Shown here piece after piece: positions 8,084 to 20,296 of a stretch of 64,000 nt of DNA. A program made the translations under genes and the position numbers. Source of the stretch: Vulcanimicrobiota bacterium (GTDB taxonomy: Bacteria > Vulcanimicrobiota > Xenobia > Xenobiales > JADMJV01); contig JBFWNU010000008.1 in the NCBI GenBank assembly GCA_050250895.1, forward strand, positions 256,001 to 320,000. Direction: 5' to 3'. Numbering within the stretch: position 1 is the first letter of the stretch; every line of letters starts with the position of its first letter. The notes beneath the pieces were generated by a model. The model was not told the origin of the DNA. It did not search any database and saw nothing but the letters and a program-made list of their open reading frames with translations.

Positions 8084-9345
8084 GCCTGACCCTCCGAAAC
8101 GGCCTGGTTGAGGCCCGCCATCAAGGCTAGGAGCCCTTCGCCCGCCGTGCTCAGCTCGTTGCGGGCGACGCGCAACAGCGCGGTATCCCCGTTGTCTAGA
8201 AAGAGAGAGACCTTGTCGAGGGCCTGCCCAAACGCGTCGAGATGCGTCTGAAAGTTCTGACTCAGCTCGGCGATCTGGGCCGCTCGCTCGGGCTGGGAGG
8301 GGTCGACCGGGGGCAGGTTGTCGAGCTGGCGGCGCACTGCCTGAAAGCGAGCCCATACCGAGCGATACTCTTCGGCCAATTCGCGGGCCGAAACGCGGCC
8401 AAACTCGGCCGCTTCGATGGTGCCGAGCAGGCGGGCGAAAAGCTCTGGCTGAGCCGGACCGGTGACCGCGCTGATGGTTTCTTCGATGCGCAGGTCCACC
8501 TCGGGGCCGGCCAGTTGCGAGCGGGTCGAGAAGGTGGGCTGGGCTGCCCCGCAATTGGCGCAGACCTTGACGGACCGTTCGAGCCTCTGGCCGCAGGATA
8601 CGCACGGCACCAGGTGGGCGGTAGCCTGGCGTTCGGCCAGGCTCTGCTGGATCTCGAGCAGTTCGTCGGTCAGCTGGCTGATACCGTCGAGATACTCCCC
8701 GATCTCATCGACCTGGTCGGGGGCCTCGAGCAAGAGCGCCTCGAGTTCGAGCAGACTGACCAGCAGTTCTTCCACCATCGCCACCAGGTCGGGAGCGTTG
8801 CCAGCCAGCCATTCCTCTTCTTCGGGTCTCGGTTCGGCCGCCGACAGCGCCGTCAACATTCGTTGCTGCTCGGCGATTAGAGGCAGCAGCCGTTCGTGCA
8901 GCAGCTCGGCCGAGAGTTTCTCTTCGAGGAAGTCGTGGCCGGCCTGCAGCAGGGCATCGACGTAGGGTGAGTCCGACAGCTTTTCGCGAGCGGCCTCTTC
9001 GTCGCGCAGTTCGCCGAAGGCTTCAAAGAGGAGCTCGAGACCGCGCCGGACCGGGCCGGCCAGCAAGTCGCGCAATCCCTCGAAGTCGCCTGCCTCGACT
9101 TTCTCGCTCACCTCGGGAAAGAGCTCGAGCAAACGATTGAACTGCCGGTAAACGCGAGGCAAGGCGGCCTGCAGAGTAGGGGTGGAGCGGGCGAAGCGGA
9201 CCTCATAGTTGAAGTGCGTCAGCATGCCGGCCAGATCGCGCTCGAGATTGATCACCTGGGCTTCGACCTCGTCGAGGGTGTGCGTTTCCAGCGCCTGCAT
9301 CAGCTGGTTGAACGAAGACAGAGGGGTCAGAAGTTTATCGGACAT
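8080..9345 (-). CDS. Helical hypothetical protein with a zinc ribbon
   Basis: CVSC-x10-CANC within an acidic helical protein; likely start MSDKLL at 9345. Confidence 0.7.
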   Translation of the reverse strand: MSDKLLTPLSSFNQLMQALETHTLDEVEAQVINLERDLAGMLTHFNYEVRFARSTPTLQAALPRVYRQFNRLLELFPEVSEKVEAGDFEGLRDLLAGPVRRGLELLFEAFGELRDEEAAREKLSDSPYVDALLQAGHDFLEEKLSAELLHERLLPLIAEQQRMLTALSAAEPRPEEEEWLAGNAPDLVAMVEELLVSLLELEALLLEAPDQVDEIGEYLDGISQLTDELLEIQQSLAERQATAHLVPCVSCGQRLERSVKVCANCGAAQPTFSTRSQLAGPEVDLRIEETISAVTGPAQPELFARLLGTIEAAEFGRVSARELAEEYRSVWARFQAVRRQLDNLPPVDPSQPERAAQIAELSQNFQTHLDAFGQALDKVSLFLDNGDTALLRVARNELSTAGEGLLALMAGLNQAVSEGQA

Positions 9346-9545
9346 TGTATCGCGCAGACTTCTCAGCTTGTGAGCATTCAGGTTGGGTTCGAACAACCGG
9401 ACCACCTCGTGAGCACTTTCAAAAAAAACTTTGTCCTCCCTCTTTACTTTGGGTCGGGCAGGAGTGATACACGGTAAAAGCTCGAAATATATAGGTCCAA
9501 CAAAAGCTACAGATCCAAGGCCACACACCGGAGGAGTACACGACA

Positions 9546-10256
9546 ATGTTTGCACCCATGATGATGCCGATGCAGTCCGGGGGAATGAACCCTATGATGG
9601 GCATGTTCGGCATGTTCCAAATGTTCCAGATGCTTCAGATGTTGATGATGCTGATGGGACAGGGTCAAGGTCAGGGCCAGTGCGGCTGCCAGGGCGGTTA
9701 TCCCCAGGGCTACAATAACTACCTCGGCAACTCGTTTGGCATGCCCGGTTCCGGCGGCAACTGGAACGGCTACCCGTCGATGCCCTACGGCAACAACTAC
9801 GGCACCCCTCCCTACTGCGGCCCCGAAAGCTTTGGTCCGGTGCCTTACAACGGTAGCGGACAGGGTCTGGCGGGATTGGCCGCGTCGATGAACGGTCGCC
9901 ATTTCAAGCCCGGACAGACGAAACGCTGTGCTGACTTCGTCAGCACGATGATCGAGCAGTCCGGCATGGCCCCTCCAGGCTTCCGTCACCAGATGAGCGC
10001 CGCCGGTTTGGCCAACTACGGCACGGCTGTCGGCAGGCAAGACCTCAAGCCCGGAGACGTCGTCTTCTTCGGCAACACTTATCGCCCGGGACGTTACACT
10101 CACGTGGGTATCTATCTGGGCGACGGACGCTTCGCTCATCGGCCCACGGCGAACAAACCGGTTCGCATCGACCGACTCGATTCTGGCTACTACTCCAGCC
10201 ACTACACCGGTGCCCGCCGGCTACCCGCCGCGTCTTCCCCCGGCGTCGCCGTCTAA
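9546..10256 (+). CDS. NlpC/P60 (C40) peptidase with a Met/Gln/Gly-rich N-terminus
   Basis: RCADFV, LKPGDVVFF and THVGIYLGDGRFAH; GGAGGAG RBS. Confidence 0.9.
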   Translation: MFAPMMMPMQSGGMNPMMGMFGMFQMFQMLQMLMMLMGQGQGQGQCGCQGGYPQGYNNYLGNSFGMPGSGGNWNGYPSMPYGNNYGTPPYCGPESFGPVPYNGSGQGLAGLAASMNGRHFKPGQTKRCADFVSTMIEQSGMAPPGFRHQMSAAGLANYGTAVGRQDLKPGDVVFFGNTYRPGRYTHVGIYLGDGRFAHRPTANKPVRIDRLDSGYYSSHYTGARRLPAASSPGVAV

Positions 10257-10297
10257 GTCTAAAGGGATCGGCCCCGGCCGCGCCGCAAGGTCAGGCC

Positions 10298-10750
10298 ATG
10301 GCTGAACAACCCACTTTGATACCAGAAAGCGCTTTGCAAGAAGCGCTTTCTGCCGTTCTGGAAGTCAACCTGGAAGACGACTACCAGGCCGACCTGTTTC
10401 GAGTTTCGGGGGCTCACAAGGATGACGGGCTGACGCTCAAGGTGGAGGCTCCTGACGGGCCCACCTTCGACGAGGCGATTCTGGCCGTTTTCTACGATGT
10501 CTTCTTCGAGTTGCCCGCTATCGCGCCCGAAACCCTCTACGATTTTCACTGGGTCAGCTACACGGATCGCACGTTTCAGAGCCCGGCTCATCACACCCAC
10601 CTGCACACCCAGGTCGGATTGATGCCCGACAGCATCGGTTTTACTCAAGAGCAGTGGCAGGCCTACTTCGAGCAGCTGGTTTACACCCGCGATGGCAAGG
10701 CTCTCGAGATGCCCGGGCCGCAAGAATTTTGGGAGGACGACCAGGAGTGA
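10298..10750 (+). CDS. Acidic hypothetical protein
   Basis: 150 aa ORF coupled (GTGA) to the downstream dehydrogenase. Confidence 0.65.
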   Translation: MAEQPTLIPESALQEALSAVLEVNLEDDYQADLFRVSGAHKDDGLTLKVEAPDGPTFDEAILAVFYDVFFELPAIAPETLYDFHWVSYTDRTFQSPAHHTHLHTQVGLMPDSIGFTQEQWQAYFEQLVYTRDGKALEMPGPQEFWEDDQE

Positions 10751-11679
10751 AAGGTCTCTATTTTGACGGCAAGCTCAGCCTGCGCGACAATCTGCCCGAC
10801 CCGGCCTTGACCCCTGGCGAGGCCGTGATCGCCACCACCCTGGCCGGTGTCTGCAAGACCGACATGGAGATCGTGAAGGGCTACATGGGTTTTTCGGGGG
10901 TGTTGGGTCACGAGTTCGTGGGAGTGGTCAAGCAGTGTGACGACCCGAGCTGGGTGGGCCGCCGGGTGGTGGGGGAAATCAATTGCGCCCCGGCCACCGA
11001 TCCTCGTCATGTGAGCGAGCGAACGGTGCTGGGCATCGTGGGCCGGGATGGCGCCATGGCCGAGGCCTTTCGTTTGCCGGTGGCCAATTTGCTCGAGGTT
11101 CCCGAAGGAGTGCCCGACGAGGTGGCCGTGTTTACCGAGCCGGTGGCCGCCGCCTTCGAGATACTCGAGCAGACCGCGATTACCGCTAACGACCGGGTAT
11201 TGGTCCTGGGGGACGGCCGCCTGGGCAACCTCATCGCCCAGGTGCTGGCCACCACCGGCTGTGAGCTGGTGATGGTGGGCAAGCACGCGGCCAAGCGCGA
11301 GCTGGCCGAAAGCCTGGGTCTGGCCACCATGGCCCTGAGTGACTTCGAACCGGCGCGCGAATGGGACCTGGTGGTCGATGCCACCGGCTCTTCCGCCGGA
11401 TTTGCCCTGGCCCTCGAGTCGGTGGTGCCGCGGGGCCGAGTGGTTCTCAAGACCACGGTGGCCGATAGTCTGCCGATGAACCTGGCTCCTCTGGTGATTC
11501 ACGAGATCACCCTGATCGGGTCGCGCTGCGGACGATTCGGTCCGGCCCTACAGGCGTTGGCCAAGGAAACCGTCAAAGTCCGGCCGTTGATCAGCGGACG
11601 CTATCATCTCGAACGGGGTGTAGAGGCTTTTCATCAGGCCGGCCAACCCGGCGCTCTAAAGGTGCTACTCGAAGTCTAG
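10747..11679 (+). CDS. Zinc-dependent MDR alcohol dehydrogenase family protein
   Basis: GVCKTD, GHEFVG, VLGDGRLG and GSRCG motifs. Confidence 0.9.
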   Translation: MKGLYFDGKLSLRDNLPDPALTPGEAVIATTLAGVCKTDMEIVKGYMGFSGVLGHEFVGVVKQCDDPSWVGRRVVGEINCAPATDPRHVSERTVLGIVGRDGAMAEAFRLPVANLLEVPEGVPDEVAVFTEPVAAAFEILEQTAITANDRVLVLGDGRLGNLIAQVLATTGCELVMVGKHAAKRELAESLGLATMALSDFEPAREWDLVVDATGSSAGFALALESVVPRGRVVLKTTVADSLPMNLAPLVIHEITLIGSRCGRFGPALQALAKETVKVRPLISGRYHLERGVEAFHQAGQPGALKVLLEV

Positions 11680-11683
11680 AGGG

Positions 11684-12616
11684 TCATTCGCTCAGGCTCA
11701 GAGCCCCCTGGGCCTGAGCTGAGCGGGTCATGGCTTTGTGGACGTAGCCGATAAAATACACGTAGTTGGTGGTCTGCGAGTAGCGCGGGATGCCACCCAG
11801 CTGGCGCACCAGGTTAGGCCCGGCATTGTAGCTGGCCAGGGCCATGGCGCGGGGGTTGCCGTTGCCGTCCCAGTCGCGGATCAGGCCGGAAATCATTTTG
11901 GCGGCGCCAGCCACGTTCTGGGCCGGGTCGTGGGGGTCGACTCCCAACCCTTCGGCGGTGAACGGCATCAATTGGCCCAGTCCGATCGCCCCCGAGACCG
12001 AGCGGGCATCGATATCAAAGGCCGATTCGATCTGAATGAGGGAAGCCAGAAAGAGCGGATCGAGATCGTTGTTGGCGGCTTCCGCCAGGATGGCGGCGGC
12101 AATGGTGCTCAGTTGGCCTGGTTTGTAGTCGGGATTGTGAAAATGCATCCAGCTGGCCAGAAACTCGAACAGGCGCGGATCTCCAACCGAGGCTGGCGGC
12201 GTTGGGGGGGTGAAGGCCCAGTTGCGCGGGGGGCCGAGCAAGATCACCGAGCGGCCGCTCAGACTGGTCACCTGACCGTCTTTGAGTTCGAGATAACCTT
12301 TGACGGCAACCCGGAACCCTTCCCGGTCGTGTTCGAGGTTGAGCACTTTCTTGGGGAAGTGAACGGGAATCTCTCCGGCCGGCGTGCGCAACACGAAGCG
12401 ATGTTTGCCGTTGACCCGCTGCTGGGCCTGGATGCGCCCCTCCCACAGCACCAATTGTCCGTCCCAATAGCTTTTGACCGGACCCTTCAAAGCGCGGCGA
12501 GGACTTAGATCGGCGTTGATGTAGTCGCGACCCGCGTGGGCTGGCCGGAACCAGTCCCTGGCCGCGGCCGGGGCGAGCAGAAGTAGAGCCATCAGGGCTG
12601 CCAGGCGAAGTCTCAT
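11684..12616 (-). CDS. Lytic transglycosylase (SLT domain), exported
   Basis: IQIESAF, GAIGLGQLMP, ASYNAGP; signal peptide. Confidence 0.9.
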   Translation of the reverse strand: MRLRLAALMALLLLAPAAARDWFRPAHAGRDYINADLSPRRALKGPVKSYWDGQLVLWEGRIQAQQRVNGKHRFVLRTPAGEIPVHFPKKVLNLEHDREGFRVAVKGYLELKDGQVTSLSGRSVILLGPPRNWAFTPPTPPASVGDPRLFEFLASWMHFHNPDYKPGQLSTIAAAILAEAANNDLDPLFLASLIQIESAFDIDARSVSGAIGLGQLMPFTAEGLGVDPHDPAQNVAGAAKMISGLIRDWDGNGNPRAMALASYNAGPNLVRQLGGIPRYSQTTNYVYFIGYVHKAMTRSAQAQGALSLSE

Positions 12617-13530
12617 TTTTCCTCCTGTCGGCCTTTCAAGAAGACCGAGGCCAGCATCGAGATCACGAGTAGTCCGCCCAATACGCCCAGTGCAACCGGC
12701 GTCGGGATCTTGTAATACTCGTCGATCAACATCTTGACGCCGATGAAGACCAGCACGGCTGCCAGTCCGTAGCGCAGATACTCGAAATAGTCCATCAGGC
12801 TGGCCAGGGCGAAATAGAGGGCCCGCAGTCCCAGGATGGCCATGATGTTGGAGGTGTAGACGATAAAGGCGTCCTGGGTGACTCCCAGGATGGCCGGAAT
12901 CGAATCGGTGGCAAAGAGCACATCGGTGGTTTCGAGGGCAACCAGCACGATGAGCAAAGGGGTTGCGTGACGCTTGCCGTCGACGGTCACGAAAAAGCGG
13001 GTGCCGTGGAAGTCGTTGGTGACCGGAATCCAGCGCCGGACCGCTCGCACGACGGCGTTCTCGGGGTTGGCGTCATCGTCGTCGAAGAACAGCATCTTGA
13101 TGCCGCTATAGATGAGCAAGAGCCCGAAGGCATACAGCAGCCAGTGGAAGCGCTCGATCAGAGCCACACCGAGCAAGATGAAGACGGCGCGCATCACCAG
13201 GGCACCCAGGATACCCAGGAAGAGCACGCGATGCTGGAAGGCCGGCGGCACTTTGAAGTAGCTGAAGATCAGCAGGAAGACGAAAAGGTTGTCGACCGAG
13301 AGCGATTTCTCCAGCAGATAGCCGGTGAGAAACTCGATCCCGGCCTGCTCGTTCTGGGTGTAGACCCAGTAGTTGAAGCCCAGGGAAAGAGCGATCCAGA
13401 AAACGCTCCAGGCCAGCGCCTCTTTGATGCCGACGGCGTGATTCTTGCGGTGGAAGACCCCGAGGTCGAGGGCGAGCAGGAATAGAACTGCTACGTTAAA
13501 CCCTATCCACATCGTGTTGGTATATTCCAA
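12613..13530 (-). CDS. terC: TerC/Alx family membrane protein
   Basis: EKSLSVDNLFVF and DVLFATDSIPA. Confidence 0.92.
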   Translation of the reverse strand: MEYTNTMWIGFNVAVLFLLALDLGVFHRKNHAVGIKEALAWSVFWIALSLGFNYWVYTQNEQAGIEFLTGYLLEKSLSVDNLFVFLLIFSYFKVPPAFQHRVLFLGILGALVMRAVFILLGVALIERFHWLLYAFGLLLIYSGIKMLFFDDDDANPENAVVRAVRRWIPVTNDFHGTRFFVTVDGKRHATPLLIVLVALETTDVLFATDSIPAILGVTQDAFIVYTSNIMAILGLRALYFALASLMDYFEYLRYGLAAVLVFIGVKMLIDEYYKIPTPVALGVLGGLLVISMLASVFLKGRQEEK

Positions 13531-13748
13531 ACCTGCTCCTCGAGACCGGTCGACCCCCTGGACGTCATTTTCCCGGAGTCGCTAATCGGCAAACCGCGTG
13601 GCCTCGCCCTGGCCAAGAAGTATACGCCACATCCCTGTATGACTTGCTTCAATTCGGACAAGTGGGGCGGTTACCTGTTCACATAAATGTGCTTCTCGCC
13701 GTCCTGGCGATTTGTTATAATGCGGTATACACGCCGGAGGTTCAACGT

Positions 13749-14399
13749 ATGGCAGACGCAGGCAGAATGCCACCAGTTCAATTCAAGATTCCTATGCCCC
13801 CGGGGCAGACGCCCCCAGCAGCCGGCCCGGCTCACCCGGCGCCCCCAGCTGAAAGCTTTCAACCCGGACACGTCCCCCAGCAGCCGGTCGCGATGCCGGG
13901 CATCGACCAGCGAGCCGACGCTCCCAAGCACACCAAAGGGATGAGCACCGGAACCAAGGTTCTGCTCGTAGGCGCCGGTCTGGCAGCCGGCATCGGAGGG
14001 ACCCTGGCGGTGGTCAATCACCAACCGGCCGCCCCGACCCTTCAGGTCGAATCCATGAGTCGCTCCGAGCAAGCCGCTCTCAAGCACCTCAACTATCTCA
14101 ACCAGATGGCCTCGAAGGATGGCGGTGGTTTCACCGTAGCTCACCGCTGGCTACCCGGCGTCGAGGTGCCGGCCAAGGATGTGGCCAGCGTCTATCAGCA
14201 GCTTCATGACGGCCACAGCGTCAACTTCTATGAGGCCGAAGGCGAAATCCCGGTCACTATCTCGAATTTTGACCAGCTCCACGATGTCGCCGTCGACGTC
14301 AAGACCCGCGAGATCGAGGCCAAGGTTCAGGGCCACGTCGACCGGGCCGAACGGGCCGTCGAAGACTTCTTCGAAAACATGGGCAACATTTTCCGCTAG
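13749..14399 (+). CDS. Hypothetical protein, Pro-rich N-terminus, single TM
   Basis: GGAGG RBS before ATG 13749; TGnTATAAT at 13713-13721. Confidence 0.7.
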   Translation: MADAGRMPPVQFKIPMPPGQTPPAAGPAHPAPPAESFQPGHVPQQPVAMPGIDQRADAPKHTKGMSTGTKVLLVGAGLAAGIGGTLAVVNHQPAAPTLQVESMSRSEQAALKHLNYLNQMASKDGGGFTVAHRWLPGVEVPAKDVASVYQQLHDGHSVNFYEAEGEIPVTISNFDQLHDVAVDVKTREIEAKVQGHVDRAERAVEDFFENMGNIFR

Positions 14400-14413
14400 C
14401 CTTCTGGAGAAAC

Positions 14414-14444
14414 AAAAAAGGGCCGCCAACCGGCGGCCCTTTTT
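14414..14444. terminator. Bidirectional intrinsic terminator
   Basis: A6-GGGCCGCC-AACC-GGCGGCCC-T5 between convergent genes. Confidence 0.85.
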
Positions 14445-14458
14445 CGTTGCTGCCTTAG

Positions 14459-14532
14459 GGCCTGTCAGGAAATAACTCGTGCATTCGGGGCGCCTCGGCG
14501 CCCCGAAGGCGACTCTTAATCCCTGACAACCC
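14459..14532. mobile_element. 74-bp MITE-like element
   Basis: Imperfect terminal inverted repeats (13/17), TTAG direct flanks, and an internal perfect 11-bp inverted repeat. Confidence 0.55.
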
Positions 14533-16788
<2,256 letters not shown>

Positions 16789-16919
16789 TACGTAATAGCA
16801 CTCCAGGCGAAAATGAACCGTCGCTTTCGGTGCATGGCTAGGATTCCCTTCAAGTTTGTCGGCACGATTCGCAGCCTCTCCGGGCAGGCGATCTCTGGCT
16901 GACCCAAAATTTGGTAGGC

Positions 16920-17846
16920 ATGGCTCGGTGGCTGCGTGTTCTGTGGATGATGTTGCTGGTGAGCGGCGCCCTGCAGGCTCAGACCATCGGGGTGTTGTGT
17001 GCCGGCGAACTGGTCCTGGTCGAGGCGTCAGGACTTCGAGTTCGGGCCTCGGTGGGACCGCTGGGCTCGCCGCGCAGTCTGGCCGCCAGTCCCGATGGCA
17101 AGTTGTTGGCCGTCGGCAGTGACGATGACACCATCCATCTCTATTCGTTACCCGAGGGTAAGACCCGCGGGGCCATTCAGAACCCCTACCTCAAGGGGGC
17201 CGTGGGATTGGCTTTTTCGGCCGACGGTCACTCGTTGCTGGTACTTTCGGAAGGGGTCAAGGCACTCGTCGAGGTCGGTCTTGACGGTCAGATTCATCGC
17301 GTCCTTGGCCTCAATGGCCCCGCTCCGGTAACCTGGTCCGTCCAGGGATCCACTTTGCTAGTGGTGCAGCAGGCGGGCTGGGTGAGTCAGGTGAGTCTCG
17401 ACGGCTGGGAGACGGTGCGCCAAGACACGCTGGCTTTGCCGGTGGGGGGAGCCGCCCTGGCCGGGGAAGTGCTGGTCGTCAGCCACCCTGACCAGAGCCA
17501 GTTGCGACTTCTGGCCGGCGAGGATCGCCAGGAGTTGGCCAATCATGGGGTCGGGCCGGGGGCCAGGGCGGTGCAGGCCAGCCCCCACGGCGACCTGGTG
17601 GTCGTGATCAGTGAGTTGGCCGACTCGATCACGGCGGTCGACCCCAGCACGGGCAAGCTAGTTTGGAAGTCCGACACCGGAAAGCGCCCCCGAGACTTGC
17701 TCTTTTCTCGGGACGGAAAGTGGCTCTATGTGGCCAACCAGGAGAGTAGCGACCTGTCGGTCTTCGAGGCTGTCAGTGGGCGCGAACTCGGCAAGTTGCC
17801 TTTGCCGCCGGGCCCGCAGGCCTTGATCTGGATTCCTAGCCGCTGA
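16920..17846 (+). CDS. Secreted YncE/YVTN-type beta-propeller protein
   Basis: Repeated PR.L..SPDG..L.V motifs; signal peptide. Confidence 0.8.
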   Translation: MARWLRVLWMMLLVSGALQAQTIGVLCAGELVLVEASGLRVRASVGPLGSPRSLAASPDGKLLAVGSDDDTIHLYSLPEGKTRGAIQNPYLKGAVGLAFSADGHSLLVLSEGVKALVEVGLDGQIHRVLGLNGPAPVTWSVQGSTLLVVQQAGWVSQVSLDGWETVRQDTLALPVGGAALAGEVLVVSHPDQSQLRLLAGEDRQELANHGVGPGARAVQASPHGDLVVVISELADSITAVDPSTGKLVWKSDTGKRPRDLLFSRDGKWLYVANQESSDLSVFEAVSGRELGKLPLPPGPQALIWIPSR

Positions 17847-18228
17847 GCCGGCGCACGACCTCTTCGGGGTAGTGCACGCGGAAGACCCAGGTCAGCTGAG
17901 CATCTTCGAGGCTGCTGGCGACATCAAGGTTCTCTTCGCCGAGAGCCATCGAGAAGAGCTTTCGCAGGCGCCGGCCCAGAGGCGTATTGAGGGTGCGCAG
18001 ATGGTAGCGCACCGGTCTTAGACCGTGCACCTGCACCTGAACCGGTTGGATCTGTTGCCCCTGGCGGGCCATCAGTTCGAGCACCGGTGTGGCTTTGCGC
18101 CGCAGGGCAATCACGAAGTTGACCTCGCAGGGCGGCTCGCCTTTAATCACGCCCTGGAGTTTCTTGAGGAAGTGCTGTTCGACACGGCTAAACCGGCTGA
18201 ACATCCCGGACTGTTTTGGACTCTCCAT
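17836..18228 (-). CDS. Hypothetical protein
   Basis: 130 aa ORF at the end of the rph operon. Confidence 0.6.
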   Translation of the reverse strand: MESPKQSGMFSRFSRVEQHFLKKLQGVIKGEPPCEVNFVIALRRKATPVLELMARQGQQIQPVQVQVHGLRPVRYHLRTLNTPLGRRLRKLFSMALGEENLDVASSLEDAQLTWVFRVHYPEEVVRRLSG

Positions 18229-18236
18229 GCTCAGCT

Positions 18237-18731
18237 CTATGTTCGACCCTCAGCGCCGGCATCCTCGCCCGGCTCATAGAGGTGAATAGCCGCGACTTTG
18301 GCCGGGCCGGCCAGGATCAGAAGCGAGATCCCCTGGCTGGGATAATCGAGGAAGTAGTGGGTCTTGTCCTCGCCGGCCGGACGACGAGTGGCCGGACCCA
18401 ACAGGCGGACCGCCTGGGCCTCTTTCTGCCAGAGGTGCAGGCCTGATGGACTTTGCCAGGGGCCGCTTTCGATACCGATGCGAACGATTTTGCCCGAGTC
18501 TACCAACAGCCAGAGGCCCTGCTCGGGATATTCGAAGTAGACGGCGGGAACCTCGCCTTTTTTGGCCGGCGCGACGCGACGGCGAGGTTGGCCCCAGGCT
18601 TTGACCACCGCCTGGGTGGTGTCACCCAGGCGAGCTGGACCGGCAGCCTGCCCGGCTTCGAAAGTTAGGTTTCGGCCGGCCAGGGCGGGGTAGGTCATCA
18701 GCGCCAACAGAAGGACGCCGAGTCGTTTCAT
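18237..18731 (-). CDS. Secreted hypothetical protein
   Basis: Signal peptide; internal duplication (LG...YF.YP.QG..L). Confidence 0.7.
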   Translation of the reverse strand: MKRLGVLLLALMTYPALAGRNLTFEAGQAAGPARLGDTTQAVVKAWGQPRRRVAPAKKGEVPAVYFEYPEQGLWLLVDSGKIVRIGIESGPWQSPSGLHLWQKEAQAVRLLGPATRRPAGEDKTHYFLDYPSQGISLLILAGPAKVAAIHLYEPGEDAGAEGRT

Positions 18732-19471
18732 CGGGCGTAAAGGGTGCGGTGGGCGGCGACCACCATGTTGAGTTCGGTGACCAGTTGTTCAGACTTCTGT
18801 CGCAGGGTGGGGTCGTCGGTGAGCCAGCGCCGCTGCAGCAGAAAGACGGCCCGGCTACTCAGCAGGGCCTCGAAGTGAGCCGGCGAGGTGCTGCCCTGCT
18901 CGAGGGCCAGGCGCAGGCCGCGACTCGACTCCGCCAGCCCCAACAGAGCTCTGCGAGCCTCATTGTCGACCCCTCCCGGCTGCAGCGGGCGGTTTCGAAT
19001 GGCCGCCCACAGGTCTTGAGAGAGAGCCTCCGCCTGGCGACTGGCGTTGACCAGGGTGCCCCGATCGTAACTGGGCTCGGGCGGGGGGAGCTGGCTGCCC
19101 ACCTGACTGGCGCCCACCGGAGGCAGGTCGAGATTGATGCCCCGGGTGGCGGCCAGGGCCACCGCCCGCTGTTCGAACGCCAGCATCTGGGAGGCGGCCG
19201 CTCCGGCGTTGGGGTCACTCCAGTAGAGGCGGCGGGTCTGCGAGAAGAAGCGCAGCAGCGAGTTGATATCGTTGTCGGTGCCGGTGGCATATCGTTGACC
19301 GGCGTCGGCCAGGATCCTGAGTCGATAGACTACATTGGTGGGCAGCCGGCCGTTGGCTGCTTCAGCCGTGTTCTGGGCCGTCTGCGCAAAGACTACGGCC
19401 TCGGGGCTGGCCGCCCCGACCGGGCCGGCTAGCAGCAGAACCAGGGCCAGCATGCACAGCTTTCGCATCAA
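18728..19471 (-). CDS. Secreted helical hypothetical protein
   Basis: Signal peptide; translationally coupled to rph. Confidence 0.7.
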   Translation of the reverse strand: MMRKLCMLALVLLLAGPVGAASPEAVVFAQTAQNTAEAANGRLPTNVVYRLRILADAGQRYATGTDNDINSLLRFFSQTRRLYWSDPNAGAAASQMLAFEQRAVALAATRGINLDLPPVGASQVGSQLPPPEPSYDRGTLVNASRQAEALSQDLWAAIRNRPLQPGGVDNEARRALLGLAESSRGLRLALEQGSTSPAHFEALLSSRAVFLLQRRWLTDDPTLRQKSEQLVTELNMVVAAHRTLYAR

Positions 19472-20199
19472 GCGATTTCAACCCCGCTGGCCGCCAGGGT
19501 GTTTCGCTGCAATTCGAACAGTTTCTCGAGACCGACCCAGCCCGCTTCGATCATCTGGTCGAGTTGCTTTCGGGTAAAGGTCTTTTCCTCGGCAGTGCCC
19601 TGGACTTCGACCAGGCGCCCGTTCGAGGTCATCACCAGATTGAGGTCGACATCCGCCCCGGCATCCTCTTCGTAGTTGAGGTCGAGCAGAACGACCTCGT
19701 CTCGGATACCCAGGCTCACGGCCGCTACCTGCTCGGGCAGGGGCCACTTCTTGAGCTTGTTCAGCTTGCGCAGCTTATCACAAGCCAGAGCCAGGGCCAC
19801 CCACGAGCCGGTGATGGCGGCGGTGCGCGTGCCGGCGTCGGCCTGAATCACGTCGCAATCGAGAATGATCTGTCGCTGACCCAATTTGGGCAGGTCGGTC
19901 ACCGCTCGTAAACTGCGGCCGATCAGCCGCTGAATCTCGTGGGTGCGACCGTTGGCACGGTTGTTGTCGCGCCGAGTCCTGATCTGGGTCGCCCGCGGCA
20001 GCATGGCATACTCGGCGTGGACCCAGCCGCGATTTTGCTCGAGCAGCCAGGCCGGAACCCGATCTTCTACGGAGGCGGCGCAAAGCACCCGGGTATTGCC
20101 GCTGATGGTCAGGACCGATCCTTCGGCGTAGGGAGCGTAGCCTGGCTCCAGGGCCCAGTGGCGAAGCTGGTCGGGTTTTCTTCCGTCGGCACGTTGCAT
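19468..20199 (-). CDS. rph: Ribonuclease PH
   Basis: RADGR, EIQRLIGRSLR, DCDVIQADAGTRTA and EVQGTAE. Confidence 0.97.
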   Translation of the reverse strand: MQRADGRKPDQLRHWALEPGYAPYAEGSVLTISGNTRVLCAASVEDRVPAWLLEQNRGWVHAEYAMLPRATQIRTRRDNNRANGRTHEIQRLIGRSLRAVTDLPKLGQRQIILDCDVIQADAGTRTAAITGSWVALALACDKLRKLNKLKKWPLPEQVAAVSLGIRDEVVLLDLNYEEDAGADVDLNLVMTSNGRLVEVQGTAEEKTFTRKQLDQMIEAGWVGLEKLFELQRNTLAASGVEIA

Positions 20200-20250
20200 T
20201 TGGGTCGGTTCAGCGACTGCTCGGCGGCTCCTGCCACTGCCGCGTACATC

Positions 20251-20278
20251 AAAAAGGCGACCCGGAGGGCCGCCTTCT
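20251..20278 (-). terminator. Intrinsic terminator
   Basis: GGCGGCCC/GGGTCGCC stem followed by T5 on the minus strand. Confidence 0.75.
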
Positions 20279-20296
20279 GAGGACTTCTAAGTCTAA

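Noticed and set aside
9440-9545. Sigma-28 promoter upstream of the NlpC/P60 gene
   Set aside because: No GCCGATAA-like element at the correct spacing from TAAA.
13531-13620. yybP-ykoY riboswitch expected upstream of terC
   Set aside because: The conserved GGGGAGTAG and CAAGACC/GAGACC-closed architecture is not recognisable.
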